Positions 1-10,266 of a stretch of DNA of 64,000 bases are shown here, piece after piece. Each line of letters starts with the position of its first letter. The stretch's first letter is position 1. The translations under genes were made by a program, and so were the position numbers. The notes beneath the pieces are model-generated. The model had not been told where the DNA came from, searched no databases, and was given only the letters and a program-made list of their open reading frames with translations. This DNA comes from a virus, in IMG/VR virus record IMGVR_UViG_3300029389_000414; one strand, given 5' to 3'.

Positions 1-1671
1 TTATTTACCGGCCATCTGTTTTTCCTGCTGTTCAATCATCTTTTTTACCATAGTATCACAACGCATCTTATTGTTTTTAGGTGTAATGTATTCTTTCTGT
101 ATGTCGTATCCAATGTTTAATTTAAAAGTTAAAGTCATGCTTCTTTCGCTAGTTTTTTTTGCATAAATCTTATCAAATAGAATATCAATTGTTTTTTTTG
201 TAATTGTTGAATCGGTTATTGTGCATATATCATTGAGATGTTTTTTTACTTTACACTCAATTTCGTTAATATGATAATCTGATGTTTCGACCTTTATTTT
301 TTTTAATTCTGCTTCGAGTTCTTTTTTTTGATCTCTTAAAATCCTATCGCGTGAGTAATATTCTTCATTATCTAAATATCCATTTAAGTTGTGTTCAAGT
401 AAACGGTCTTGTTTGGTATGAATTTTTTTGATCTCATTTTCTAATCGAATGATTTCATTTTTTGAATCTGTATTAGAAATTAATGATTTAAAATCACTAA
501 AATATTGATCAACAACCGAATTGAGGTTTCCTAAATCTTCATGGATAATCTCTTTTATTATATGAATTAATTCTTCTTCTTTGATTGGAAGTGAATCACA
601 TTTTTCTTTTCCTTGAACTTTTTTTACCGAACACCCCCAATAAGGAGCGCGATTTTTATTAGTCAATAGCCAATAAGATGCTCCATCATTTTCGCATATG
701 ATTTTTCCAGTAAATAAATTTATTTTTTGAGTGGATCTGTTTTTGCTTTTTACATCGGCTGAACGTTTTTTAAGAATTTCGTTTGCTTTATTCCATAATT
801 CTTCAGAAACAATAGCTGGAACAGTAGTTCCGTCATCTTTATAACAAAGCCAATTTTCTTTTGGTATGAAGCGTTGCTTTTTTGTGAGCATATCTTCTAC
901 AACAACTTTTCCACCACAATAATAGCCTTTATATTTAGGATTTTGAATAATGTTTTGGATTGTACGTGAACTAATAGTTTTTCCATATCGATTTGTGAAG
1001 CCTTTTTCATACAATTCTTTCCCAATTTTGTATGTCCCGACTTCACCTGATGCGTAACGTGAAAAAATGTATCTAACCATTTCAGCAGTTGATTCATCTA
1101 TAGATAAGGAACAGTTTTCTTTTATATAACCATACATGTTATTTGCACCCATAACATGTCCTCTTCTGATGGATTGAGATTGTCCAAATTTTACTCGTTC
1201 AGAAATTTTTCTGGATTCTTCTTGAGCCATTCCAGACATAAATGTCAACATGAATTCAGAATCTTCTTCTAAAGTATTGATATTATTGTTAATGAACCAT
1301 ACTGCTACACCATACTCTAGTAATCGCCTAGACCACTGTATACTATCTAATGTATTTCTAGCAAATCTAGGAACTTCTTTTGTAATAATTAAATCAAATT
1401 TTCCACGTTTGGCATCTTCCATCATTGCGGAAAATCCTTTACGCTTTTGAACTGATAATCCTGTGGTTGCTTCATCCACATACCTTCCAGCATAAGTCCA
1501 ATTAGGAACACTTCGAATTAATTCTTCACTATAATAATTTTGATTGACAATAGAAGACTTTTGCTCTTCCTTTTCTGTACTTACGCGATCATAGTGTACA
1601 ACACGTAGATGTAAGTCTTGGATTTTCTTTAATCCTAATTTTAACTCTCGTCTTGCAGCATAAATATCCAT
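1..1671 (-). CDS. large serine recombinase (resolvase/invertase N-terminal domain, recombinase and zinc-ribbon domains, coiled-coil tail)
   Basis: Complete 556-aa ORF. The N-terminus carries the serine recombinase motif VHYDRVSTEKEEQ. Length and C-terminal coiled coil fit the large serine recombinase family. Confidence 0.85.
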   Translation of the reverse strand: MDIYAARRELKLGLKKIQDLHLRVVHYDRVSTEKEEQKSSIVNQNYYSEELIRSVPNWTYAGRYVDEATTGLSVQKRKGFSAMMEDAKRGKFDLIITKEVPRFARNTLDSIQWSRRLLEYGVAVWFINNNINTLEEDSEFMLTFMSGMAQEESRKISERVKFGQSQSIRRGHVMGANNMYGYIKENCSLSIDESTAEMVRYIFSRYASGEVGTYKIGKELYEKGFTNRYGKTISSRTIQNIIQNPKYKGYYCGGKVVVEDMLTKKQRFIPKENWLCYKDDGTTVPAIVSEELWNKANEILKKRSADVKSKNRSTQKINLFTGKIICENDGASYWLLTNKNRAPYWGCSVKKVQGKEKCDSLPIKEEELIHIIKEIIHEDLGNLNSVVDQYFSDFKSLISNTDSKNEIIRLENEIKKIHTKQDRLLEHNLNGYLDNEEYYSRDRILRDQKKELEAELKKIKVETSDYHINEIECKVKKHLNDICTITDSTITKKTIDILFDKIYAKKTSERSMTLTFKLNIGYDIQKEYITPKNNKMRCDTMVKKMIEQQEKQMAGK

Positions 1672-1716
1672 CCATATATTCCTCCTGTTCAGGAGACTAT
1701 ATATGTGTCACACACA

Positions 1717-1872
1717 TTATAGTCCAGATGCTTGTGCTAATTCAACTTTATTTATATATTTGCTACTAATTTCCATTTCCATTTTGTCGTATTCTTCTTT
1801 TGAAATATATCCATAATTTAATAAATTTTGATTTAATAATTGCATTAAGATGCCTTTTTTAATATCTTCCAT
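1717..1872 (-). CDS. small hypothetical helical protein (51 aa) upstream of the recombinase, possible directionality factor
   Basis: ATG preceded by aaaaaggagg RBS; 52 codons in frame to TAA. Below the 60-aa ORF-track cutoff. Confidence 0.4.
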   Translation of the reverse strand: MEDIKKGILMQLLNQNLLNYGYISKEEYDKMEMEISSKYINKVELAQASGL

Positions 1873-2206
1873 TTTATATACCTCCTTTTTCCATAATATT
1901 TATGGCGTTAAATTGATAAAAATATTCATCAAGAAGTGTAAGATGCCTCTTATTAGTAGTATGTAAAAATACGCAAAAAAAAGAAGCGCAACAATTACGC
2001 TTCTTAAATGTTAATTTTCATCACAAATTTTTGTTAAGCATTTTCATATAATAAAGAAAGATTTTATTGGCCCTTAATGCGTCAGAGATATGCTCTTTAT
2101 ATGGACTGTCTTCATTTAATTGTTTCCACAGCTTATACAAGATCAAATTTTTTTGTTAACGATAATTTCGATTTTTTACCGCAAAAACCAGACGCTCCTC
2201 GCAATA

Positions 2207-2494
2207 TTACAGCTCCCCGAATTGATCTTTGTATTCTTCTAATTGCTCCAAGGTCTCTACCAACTTCACTTCCAAATTATCCTTTTCCGCTTCCAATTCG
2301 TCATATTTTTCATCCAATAAATTTAAGTCCGAACGAACAGCCGACAGGGAATCTTCATATTCTTCTTCCATAGTATTGAGTTGAGAACGAAGGAAAGAGG
2401 ACATCCCCTCGTATACTTCATATGGCATTAATTCCTGAAAATCTTCTAATTTTGTAATGTAATGAACAACACCATCTTTTGTAATGCTTTGCAT
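2207..2494 (-). CDS. hypothetical acidic coiled-coil protein
   Basis: 95-aa ORF, same orientation as neighbours, glutamate-rich heptad pattern. Confidence 0.45.
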   Translation of the reverse strand: MQSITKDGVVHYITKLEDFQELMPYEVYEGMSSFLRSQLNTMEEEYEDSLSAVRSDLNLLDEKYDELEAEKDNLEVKLVETLEQLEEYKDQFGEL

Positions 2495-2514
2495 GGATAT
2501 TGGCTCCTTTCTTT

Positions 2515-3096
2515 CTAGCTGGCAGGCAGATCAACAATTGTTAAATAATGGATCAAAATTTTATTTGCACGGATCACATCGGAAAGGAATTCCAGGTATG
2601 ATGGAGTCTCTTCAGTTGTTTGTCTGTATAGTTTCTGTAGTTTTTTTGTTTCTTCTTTCAGCTGTTCAATCTGTTCTGTGTAATTATTCATTTCTTCTAA
2701 GAAGATCATGGATTCTAGAATTCTGTTTATATATTCCTTTATATCATATTGTTCGTTAATGTTATCAGTTCTTTTTGCAGCACGTTTTTTTAACCGGAAT
2801 AAATTACGATAACTCTTGGATAAATCTACTTCTTTTATGACTGAAGTCTGTATTTTCTTTCCGCAATAAGGACAATAATATATTTGCTCTTCGGTATCTT
2901 TTTCCCGAATTAAAATTCCTGGTATAGATGATTCTTGGCTGTTGATACTAGATTCCATTGATGGGATTCCGAGATAAAATATCCCGTTTTCAGTATTCTT
3001 AAGTTCTTTCCACATTTTATGGCAGCAGTATTTGATTGGTTGATATTTGTAAGTTTCCTGGTTATCCAGTATAATTTTAGTGTACTTAATTTGCAT
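2515..3096 (-). CDS. hypothetical protein with CPYC zinc-ribbon and coiled coil
   Basis: 193-aa ORF with a YYCPYCGKK motif. Confidence 0.5.
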   Translation of the reverse strand: MQIKYTKIILDNQETYKYQPIKYCCHKMWKELKNTENGIFYLGIPSMESSINSQESSIPGILIREKDTEEQIYYCPYCGKKIQTSVIKEVDLSKSYRNLFRLKKRAAKRTDNINEQYDIKEYINRILESMIFLEEMNNYTEQIEQLKEETKKLQKLYRQTTEETPSYLEFLSDVIRANKILIHYLTIVDLPAS

Positions 3097-3099
3097 AGT

Positions 3100-3591
3100 T
3101 CAAATCCTCGATATCGCTAAGTTCCCAATACTGATTGATCTTTCGATCCAATTCATGTACCTGGTCTTGTAATTGCGCTTCTTTTTTCTTACTGTCAGTT
3201 TTTTGGCACTGCTTCCAGAGTTCTGCTCTTTCTTTTGACAATTCCTGATATTTTCCTGATAAATCTTGTTCTTCTGATACATGAATTTGTATTTCTTCCC
3301 CGCAATGAGGACAGAACCTGATACCTGTGCAATCGCATCCACACGGATATTAATGAAATCCTGTGTCGGGATGTAATCTTCTGTCTCGATGTCAATGTCG
3401 ATCTGACCGACCTCCATCCAGTCTACACGTTCAAAGAACGGAATCTTAAATCCAGCCTTTCCCAAAAGTACTCTCGGTTTCTTGCGAAGTCCTGTAATAA
3501 CTGCTGCACGGTTCGGCGGAGCTTTCACATAAGCTGCTGACAAAACGAGAATAATGGCAACAGCTATCGGGATAATGATAAATATACCCAT
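3100..3591 (-). pseudogene. truncated SPFH/flotillin-like N-terminal fragment
   Basis: The first ~95 aa (TM helix then YVKAPPNRAAVITGLRKKPRVL...FFERVDWMEVGQIDIDIETED) match the start of flotillin/SPFH proteins. The rest of the ORF is low-complexity out-of-frame sequence, and an overlapping alternate-frame ORF is present. Confidence 0.45.
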
Positions 3592-3844
3592 CTCTCTTTA
3601 CCTCTCTTTCTTTAATCGTCTTATTTATAGTATGGAAAATCGCACATTTCTCTGTCTTGGCAAAAGGTAACTGCCAACACCTTTATTTACCTCCATCAGT
3701 GAAAAAAAGAAGACCCAGGACAAAAGTCCCGGGCCTTGCCTATATCATTCCTCTTCTTTTCTGATAAATTCCCCTTTTTCTGTAAAAGAAGAATCTACAT
3801 GTACACCGACTTTGATCAAAAAATCAAGCGGTGTAATGTGTTCG

Positions 3845-4381
3845 TTATATGTTTTTTCCATTTTGTGATCCTCCAAGTCTGCCATTTTTGAATATTTCCA
3901 GTCCTTCCTGATATAATTCCTCATTCAGCCAGTATACATATAGTGCAATGTTGCAGTCTTTGAATAAAGATTCCAGTATTGCCCTGTATACGAAATGCCA
4001 GTCGCCGCCTGCTAATCCACAGCCGATAAATCCAGGGATGGCAAGGGAATTACCTGTTGCTATTGCAAGATTTTTCGCGGTTTCCAGGCCTTTGAATAAA
4101 GCAGGGTAATCTGTGTCACACAGAGTTCCTGTCGGAATGTTCTCACCAAAAATATTAATAATGGTACGTCCATCCGACAGATCCATGACCTGTATCTGTC
4201 CCAGACAGCCCTCTCCTTTTTCCAGGCATGCCTGCCGATAGGAATCAAACTGTTTTGGAGTTAACAGGGGCTTGATCTGTTTAGCAAGTCCCGCACCCAT
4301 GACTCCTTTGCAATTCACTTGATGACAGATATATTTTGCATCTTCCTGTTTCAGAACATCTCCGATTTTGTGTATGATCAT
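3845..4381 (-). CDS. macro-domain-like protein (putative ADP-ribose binding/hydrolase)
   Basis: 178 aa. VNCKGVMGAGLAKQI and later GFIGCGLAGG resemble the glycine-rich ADP-ribose binding loops of macro domains. Sits 19 bp downstream of the PARP-like gene. Confidence 0.45.
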   Translation of the reverse strand: MIIHKIGDVLKQEDAKYICHQVNCKGVMGAGLAKQIKPLLTPKQFDSYRQACLEKGEGCLGQIQVMDLSDGRTIINIFGENIPTGTLCDTDYPALFKGLETAKNLAIATGNSLAIPGFIGCGLAGGDWHFVYRAILESLFKDCNIALYVYWLNEELYQEGLEIFKNGRLGGSQNGKNI

Positions 4382-4399
4382 ATGGATATCCTCCTAATT

Positions 4400-5569
4400 C
4401 TATTTTTCTAACTCGATCAAATATTGTAATGTTACCTGCCGTTCGTCATAAACAATGATTTCATCATTGACCAGACTGGTTCCTGCATGAGCAAATAATG
4501 CATCGTGAGGCTGGATGTTTCGTAAAGAACTCATATAAGGTTCCCACGTCATAACATCTTTTTGGTTTTTGTATGCCACTTTGAATACAGCCAGAAAAGC
4601 CTGATCATTTGAACCTTTCGCCCAATATGAGCCACTGATGCTGGTATAATTTATGGATTTTTTAGCCCTGGGAGCGAAGTACAAGCCATGTCCGAACATC
4701 TTTCCAGTAATCGGAGCTTTTGGATTCAGCTTCAGACCTTCACTCATAATCCCTATATAATTCATGTTCTTAGAACCATGATAAAGATAATGAATGTTTT
4801 TCCCCTGTATGTGGTTTTGTTCACAGTAATCCTTAAATTTCTTATCTGATTCCAGGTTATGCACACGAAATGCACGTTTAAATAAATGTGCAGATTCTGA
4901 AGATAAGAATTTCTTGATCTGAGCGTTTTCTTTCTCTGTGCATAGGCGGATGTCCAGTCCCAGGTCATCCAAAATGGTTTTGTCCGGAATTTTTTTGGAA
5001 GTTTTCTTCTCCTGCTGGACTTTTGTACGCATTAAATCTAAAAGATCCTGCTCCCTTTCCAGGATATGCTCCATATCTTTTCCGTTTGCAGCAGCCATCT
5101 CAGAGACTGACTTCATTTTTCTTGGAATGATCCGGAATAATGAAAAGAGCAGATCATTGAACTTTCGGACATCAATAGTCTGTCCAAGCTGAAAGATCAA
5201 TTCCTGGGCGTCTTCGAGCATCTTTTCATTAACATCCTGATAGGAAATGGTATAGGATTCATCCAGCATCCGGTTCGCATAATGCATCAGGGAATCGATC
5301 AGTTCTTTTACAGAAGGCTCCGGTATGTCCCGGTATTTGGAATTTGTAGTCTTCTCTACGAATGTGTAAGAAGTACGATCCGTATATCCTTCCTGGAGTT
5401 TCTTTTGGTAGGTTTCATTCCATAGATACATCGGACGTTTCATTTGGACCGGGGAAGCTCCTATCCGTCCCATTTCGATCCGGAAATTGTCTCCTTCAGC
5501 AACCATCCGGTAATAACGGTTATTGTTGTGTTCAGGGCTTATTTTTATTAAATAAGCAAATTCATTCAT
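4400..5569 (-). CDS. bacterial PARP-like protein: WGR domain plus PARP catalytic domain
   Basis: The N-terminus YYRMVAEGDNFRIEMGRIG is WGR-like. The C-terminus LYHGSKNMNYIGIMSEGLKL...GKMFGHGLYFAPRAKKSINYT...NDEIIVYDERQV matches the PARP1 catalytic H-G-S / Y / E signature. Start chosen at the internal ATG with a gaaggagg RBS. Confidence 0.8.
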   Translation of the reverse strand: MNEFAYLIKISPEHNNNRYYRMVAEGDNFRIEMGRIGASPVQMKRPMYLWNETYQKKLQEGYTDRTSYTFVEKTTNSKYRDIPEPSVKELIDSLMHYANRMLDESYTISYQDVNEKMLEDAQELIFQLGQTIDVRKFNDLLFSLFRIIPRKMKSVSEMAAANGKDMEHILEREQDLLDLMRTKVQQEKKTSKKIPDKTILDDLGLDIRLCTEKENAQIKKFLSSESAHLFKRAFRVHNLESDKKFKDYCEQNHIQGKNIHYLYHGSKNMNYIGIMSEGLKLNPKAPITGKMFGHGLYFAPRAKKSINYTSISGSYWAKGSNDQAFLAVFKVAYKNQKDVMTWEPYMSSLRNIQPHDALFAHAGTSLVNDEIIVYDERQVTLQYLIELEK

Positions 5570-5793
5570 GTGGTTATCCTCCTTCGTTAATTTGGAACGA
5601 TATATGATTTCCTCCATTCTTCATAAAATTCGTTCTAATAATAGAATGGGAAATAAATGCGGAAATAAAAAAGGGGACGGGCCATCCTATGCCCTGTCCC
5701 TATATACGAAATGGAGAACAACCGCAAGATTTTTCTTGCACGATATATCTTACGCTGCCCCTTGGAAAATGGCAAACTTTTGGACAGGAAAGA

Positions 5794-6120
5794 TCAGATG
5801 TCCAGATATGGCACGACGTTGTCCAGCATAGATGGGAATACGTTCTGGCAGTATTTAAAATAATTATGGTCGCTGACTTCCATGATCCGGGAGAATCGCT
5901 GCATAGCACGGATGAATCTTTTTTCGTGTGAGCGTTTTACCTGACATAAGATCAAACGGTATGGATATTTAGGGTCTGCATATTCCTGCCCGGTCCACAT
6001 TTTTACCTTTTTCTGTTGACAGATCGCATCACCTGTCCGTTCTTCATTTTCCAAGTAACAAAAGTATTTGTAACGAAATGAAAACTTTTTTAGTTTTGCA
6101 TAATTTACAGCATATCTCAT
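5794..6120 (-). CDS. hypothetical protein
   Basis: 108-aa ORF with no recognisable motif. Confidence 0.35.
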   Translation of the reverse strand: MRYAVNYAKLKKFSFRYKYFCYLENEERTGDAICQQKKVKMWTGQEYADPKYPYRLILCQVKRSHEKRFIRAMQRFSRIMEVSDHNYFKYCQNVFPSMLDNVVPYLDI

Positions 6121-6373
6121 TTTTCTTCTCCATATATTTTAGTTTCCCGGAAAACGTGAAGGAAAAAATAATAAAGGTAGTCATCATGGGATTTTTGTCT
6201 TCCGGGAAAATTGGTTGTTTGGATAGGGTTATATCTAATGACTATCTTTTATAAAAAGAAAATGTTCTTCCCTAATAGTATGGTAAATCACGCTATTTTC
6301 TTGTCCTAAAGTTTGAAGATTTCTAAAAGGTCTGCTATCATAGGGATACAAAGAAAAGAGCGAGGTGTATATT

Positions 6374-6790
6374 TTGAAGATAATCGTTTGTTTAGATGAT
6401 AACAACGGAATGACTTTTAACTGCCGGAGGCAGACGAAAGACCGTGAAGTGAGACGGGATATGCTATTCCTGGTCCGGGACCAAGAACTGTGGATGAATA
6501 CATACAGCCGGAAGCAGTTTGATCCGAACAAGATATATCCACAGATTCATGTAGATGAAAATTTTCCAGCCCATGCCCCGGAAAATGCCTATTGTTTTCT
6601 GGAAAGTTCGGATTACTTGATCAACAAATATAATGTAACAGAAGTCGTGATCTACCGGTGGAATCGCAGATACCCCGCAGATACTTATTTTGAATTCGAT
6701 TTTACCGGCTGGAAAAAAGAATCAGAAAAGCAGTTCGCCGGATTTTCTCATGAAAAGATCACAAGGGAGGTATGGAAACATGAGCAATAA
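6374..6790 (+). CDS. DHFR/RibD-C-like domain protein (tentative)
   Basis: TTG start with GAGG RBS. The MKIIVCLDDNNGMTFN opening and overall pattern resemble dihydrofolate reductase-like folds. Overlaps the next gene by 11 nt. Confidence 0.4.
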   Translation: MKIIVCLDDNNGMTFNCRRQTKDREVRRDMLFLVRDQELWMNTYSRKQFDPNKIYPQIHVDENFPAHAPENAYCFLESSDYLINKYNVTEVVIYRWNRRYPADTYFEFDFTGWKKESEKQFAGFSHEKITREVWKHEQ

Positions 6791-7712
6791 GAAGATCAGA
6801 TATTTAATTGGAAGTATCCTGCTGTCGCTGTCTTTTGTTCTTGGGGCATGTTCTCAAAGTGCCGGCAGCCAGCAGACAGAAGTGAACACTGAATTATCAG
6901 GTGAAAAAGACACAGGAAGTCCAGAGCAGTCTTCTTTCGATTTAAGCCAGGTTCCGGCGTACTCAGGTGAGCCATATGTAGTCGTAAACAATAATAACCC
7001 ATTTTTTAAGGATTCTGACCTGACAACAGAAGCATTTGAAAAATATTCTGATCTGGACAGTTTAGGAAGATGTGGAGCCGCATATGCAAATGTCTGTCAG
7101 GAAATCATGCCGACAGAAAAGCGCGGTGCGATTGGAATGGTAAAACCGACCGGCTGGCATACCGTGAAATATGACTGGGTGGATGGAAAGTACCTATATA
7201 ACCGCTGCCATTTGATCGGATATCAGCTGAGTGGAGAAAATGCCAATGAGAAGAACCTGATCACAGGGACCAGATATCTGAATGTAGATGGAATGCTTCC
7301 GTTTGAAAACCTGGTCGCCGATTATGTGCATGAGACCGATCATCATGTCCTGTACCGGGTGACGCCTGTCTTTGAAAATAGTAACTTAGTTGCAAGCGGG
7401 GTTCTGATGGAAGCTCAGTCTGTAGAAGATGATGATGTGCTGTTCTGTGTGTATTGTTACAACGTGCAGCCAAAAGTAACGATTGATTATGCGACAGGTG
7501 AGAGCCACGCATCAGAAGATACCAATATTCAGGAAACCTCTCAGTCCACTGGCGAGCAGACATATATCGTAAATGAGAATACCAAAAAATTTCATCTTCC
7601 GTCCTGTTCCAGCGTAAAAGATATGAATTCTGGAAACAAACGGGAATTTACCGGGGACAGGCAGGAGCTTTTGGATGAAGGATATTCCGCATGCAAGACC
7701 TGTCATCCATAA
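6780..7712 (+). CDS. lipoprotein DNA/RNA non-specific endonuclease (His-Me finger family)
   Basis: gggagg RBS; signal peptide with lipobox LGAC. YNRCHLIGYQLSGENANEKNLITGT matches the RGH active-site region of NucA/EndA-type nucleases. Confidence 0.65.
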   Translation: MSNKKIRYLIGSILLSLSFVLGACSQSAGSQQTEVNTELSGEKDTGSPEQSSFDLSQVPAYSGEPYVVVNNNNPFFKDSDLTTEAFEKYSDLDSLGRCGAAYANVCQEIMPTEKRGAIGMVKPTGWHTVKYDWVDGKYLYNRCHLIGYQLSGENANEKNLITGTRYLNVDGMLPFENLVADYVHETDHHVLYRVTPVFENSNLVASGVLMEAQSVEDDDVLFCVYCYNVQPKVTIDYATGESHASEDTNIQETSQSTGEQTYIVNENTKKFHLPSCSSVKDMNSGNKREFTGDRQELLDEGYSACKTCHP

Positions 7713-7802
7713 ATAACAGTACAGTCTCAAATGTTGGGACTGTATTTTTTTGTAAAAAAAGAAAACCCTGGAATTTCCAAGGTCTCTTTTTGCTGTTATG
7801 TC

Positions 7803-9023
7803 TTAGAGAATATTCTTATTCCCATTCCATTCCCCTGCATCAATCTTATCAAATGGCAGTTTCATGAGTTTTGCCACCTGTTCGCAAAGATTCAGGTAAC
7901 GAGTAGGAGTAAGATCATTTTGTACAGAATGTCTCTGGATAATGTCATTCAATGCCAGATAAACATCGATTGCAGTCCCGCCTTTCGGAAATCTCTTTCT
8001 GCAATCCTCTTCTACTGCTTCAGCGATCTGTCTTGGAAAGAAAGTATAGACTTCCCGAATCTGGTCAACACATCCTGCAACATCCGAAATATCAATATTT
8101 CCAAGCTGTTCGATCTGTTCCTCACATTCTTTCAGCACCATTCCAAGATTTTTCATGGCTTCCCCAAATTTTTCTGGAGATGCTTCTCCTTTATGCTCCA
8201 TTGCAATTCCGCCGCCAAGTGTAGTACGGACTCCATCTGCATCATAAAAAATGGATGCATAGACCCTGGATGCTCCGACATCGGAAGTAGAGAAACGGAT
8301 CCCCGCCTTCAGATTCGCGATATCAGCACCTGCATCATTGAGTTTTAACCGGAAGGTCTCTTCCATGGCCCGGTCATTTAACAGGTACTCTGCCATTAAG
8401 AATTCATGGCTGACAGAACCTTTGTCGAACTGAAAATCCGGATGGTCTTCTATAAGCTGTTCCTCCAGGCTCAGGATCAATTCATCTGCCGGAAGGATTG
8501 CATATTCTTTGGAAAGAGCCGCACTGACTTTTCCATCACGCAGTAAGATCTTACAGTTGTCGGAATACATCAGATAATCTCTGGTCAGTCGCTGTGCTTT
8601 CTCATCGATCGGAAGCACCCCCTTATTTGGCTTCACATCAAAACGGTACATTGTACCGCAATCATCGTCTGCACGTTTACAGATAGATGCAAAGGCAATC
8701 CGTCTGGTTGGATAAGGTATGATGTGGTTTTTGTATGGGAATATCAGGAAAAGGCCGGTATCCTCGATACATTCATGATTTTCTTCATTATCATAGTCAA
8801 TATCCGGGATGTCAATAGTATATCCATTTTTTCGTACTTTGATGTTATGGCAGTATTCCGGGAAAAATAATGGTTCATTTTTAATGCCGACTGCCGCCAT
8901 TTCATTGATATAGACATTTAACCATTCATCATTCTTTTTTCGAAAATCCAAGTATTTTTTTAAGTCCTCACGGTTTTCTAAATAAACTACACTGTCATCA
9001 TTTGCTAAAAATTTCTTTGTCAT
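7803..9023 (-). CDS. hypothetical 406-aa protein
   Basis: Long ORF; no motif confidently recognised. Confidence 0.5.
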   Translation of the reverse strand: MTKKFLANDDSVVYLENREDLKKYLDFRKKNDEWLNVYINEMAAVGIKNEPLFFPEYCHNIKVRKNGYTIDIPDIDYDNEENHECIEDTGLFLIFPYKNHIIPYPTRRIAFASICKRADDDCGTMYRFDVKPNKGVLPIDEKAQRLTRDYLMYSDNCKILLRDGKVSAALSKEYAILPADELILSLEEQLIEDHPDFQFDKGSVSHEFLMAEYLLNDRAMEETFRLKLNDAGADIANLKAGIRFSTSDVGASRVYASIFYDADGVRTTLGGGIAMEHKGEASPEKFGEAMKNLGMVLKECEEQIEQLGNIDISDVAGCVDQIREVYTFFPRQIAEAVEEDCRKRFPKGGTAIDVYLALNDIIQRHSVQNDLTPTRYLNLCEQVAKLMKLPFDKIDAGEWNGNKNIL

Positions 9024-9194
9024 TTGGTTATCCTCCTAATTGTTTGTTGATACGAACATAACAGTATTTTTTAATCCTCCGTTCTTCTGAAATTTTATGT
9101 TCTATAGATAGAATGATTTTTCTGTTAGAAAATAAAAAAAGAAGTCCCCGTATTGGAGACTCCTTAATTACCGTAATGTTTAGAAATATTCTTT
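9024..9194 (-). repeat. intergenic cassette copy 1 (terminator, promoter, conserved 5'UTR; inverted repeats aacataacagta / taccgtaatgtt)
   Basis: Carries the shared elements gttatcctcc, cagtatttt, ttctgaaattttatgttctatagatagaatg, aaaataaaaaaagaagtcccc...ggagactcc and ccgtaatgtt. Confidence 0.7.
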
Positions 9195-9662
9195 TTATGT
9201 TGTATCATTGATAAGTGCAAGAATTTTGTCCAGGCATGTTTTGTAAGCATCTGGGGCTGAATCCAGATGTTGTTTTGCCTGATTGACTGCATCCAGCAAT
9301 TCCACTTTTACGGCAGGACTGATCAGTCTTTCATTTTTAAGAGCTTCTTTCACAGCATACTCTTCATTCGACCATTCCTGAAAGCTGTTGTTGTTTATTT
9401 CGTATTTTCCTTCGTAATCGCCGTAGTAAGTAAAAGATCCATCAAGCTGGATATTCTCTTTCTGGCAGGATTCACATAAGGCTTGGAGATTATCTTCAAT
9501 ATCTCCATGAATATGGGATACTTCTATTTCTGCCATGCCTTTAAATTCTGTGACATCAGCGTTTTCTTCCTTTTCAATAAGTTTTTGGGATACCAAAAGT
9601 TCAAGAAATTTTGGTACACTTTCTTCTTTGATTTCAAATGAACCGTCATTCACTAAATACAT
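9195..9662 (-). CDS. hypothetical protein
   Basis: 155-aa ORF directly downstream of cassette copy 1. Confidence 0.5.
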   Translation of the reverse strand: MYLVNDGSFEIKEESVPKFLELLVSQKLIEKEENADVTEFKGMAEIEVSHIHGDIEDNLQALCESCQKENIQLDGSFTYYGDYEGKYEINNNSFQEWSNEEYAVKEALKNERLISPAVKVELLDAVNQAKQHLDSAPDAYKTCLDKILALINDTT

Positions 9663-9677
9663 AAGCTATCCTCCTTG

Positions 9678-10025
9678 TTAATCATCACAATTGTTTAATG
9701 CAGCATAAGCATTTTCCATTGCTGTTCTTAGTAATGCATTTGCATATTCTTCTTTGCATTCTTCTGCTATTTCTGGCTGCAAAAAACAATATAATTTATT
9801 TATATCGTAATCTCCAAAGACATAGTCCTCCAATATAAGCCGATATGTCGTTCTCAAGGCATGACGGATTAAAGAGCCATATGTACTGTCGTGTCTTTCT
9901 TTTGCAAGCGCTATACAAGCATATTTAAAGGCATCCGTTAATAAAGATTCTGCATATAAATCCTCGGGTTTGAATTCACTTGATAAACAATTCTTTAAAA
10001 TATTTGCTGCTTCTTTATTTGTCAT
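9678..10025 (-). CDS. hypothetical protein
   Basis: Start set at the ATG after a ggaggataac RBS. Confidence 0.5.
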   Translation of the reverse strand: MTNKEAANILKNCLSSEFKPEDLYAESLLTDAFKYACIALAKERHDSTYGSLIRHALRTTYRLILEDYVFGDYDINKLYCFLQPEIAEECKEEYANALLRTAMENAYAALNNCDD

Positions 10026-10047
10026 TGTTATCCTCCTTATAAACTGG

Positions 10048-10266
10048 TTAATCATCACTATTGCTTAATACTGCGCAAGCATTTTCAAAGAGTTCTGATA
10101 GTTCCCGAATTCCATCGTCAGTCAGAAGTGAGTGAGTCACATTCAGCTGCGTTTCATCTTCTTCATGCTCTCGGTTCAAAAATCCGACATTCACACAGGA
10201 ACATCTTTTGATCTCAGATACAGAACTGGTGTATATTTTGTTTTTCATCATTTCAGCAATTGTCAT
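10048..10266 (-). CDS. hypothetical small protein
   Basis: 72-aa ORF in the operon-like minus-strand run. Confidence 0.4.
   Translation of the reverse strand: MTIAEMMKNKIYTSSVSEIKRCSCVNVGFLNREHEEDETQLNVTHSLLTDDGIRELSELFENACAVLSNSDD

Noticed and set aside
7731-8348. Plus-strand ORFs overlapping long minus-strand genes (e.g. 2077-2373, 7731-8348, 27443-27910, 51703-52680, 62895-63860)
   Set aside because: They lie antisense to well-supported genes, have no RBS, and show low-complexity translations. They are treated as spurious.
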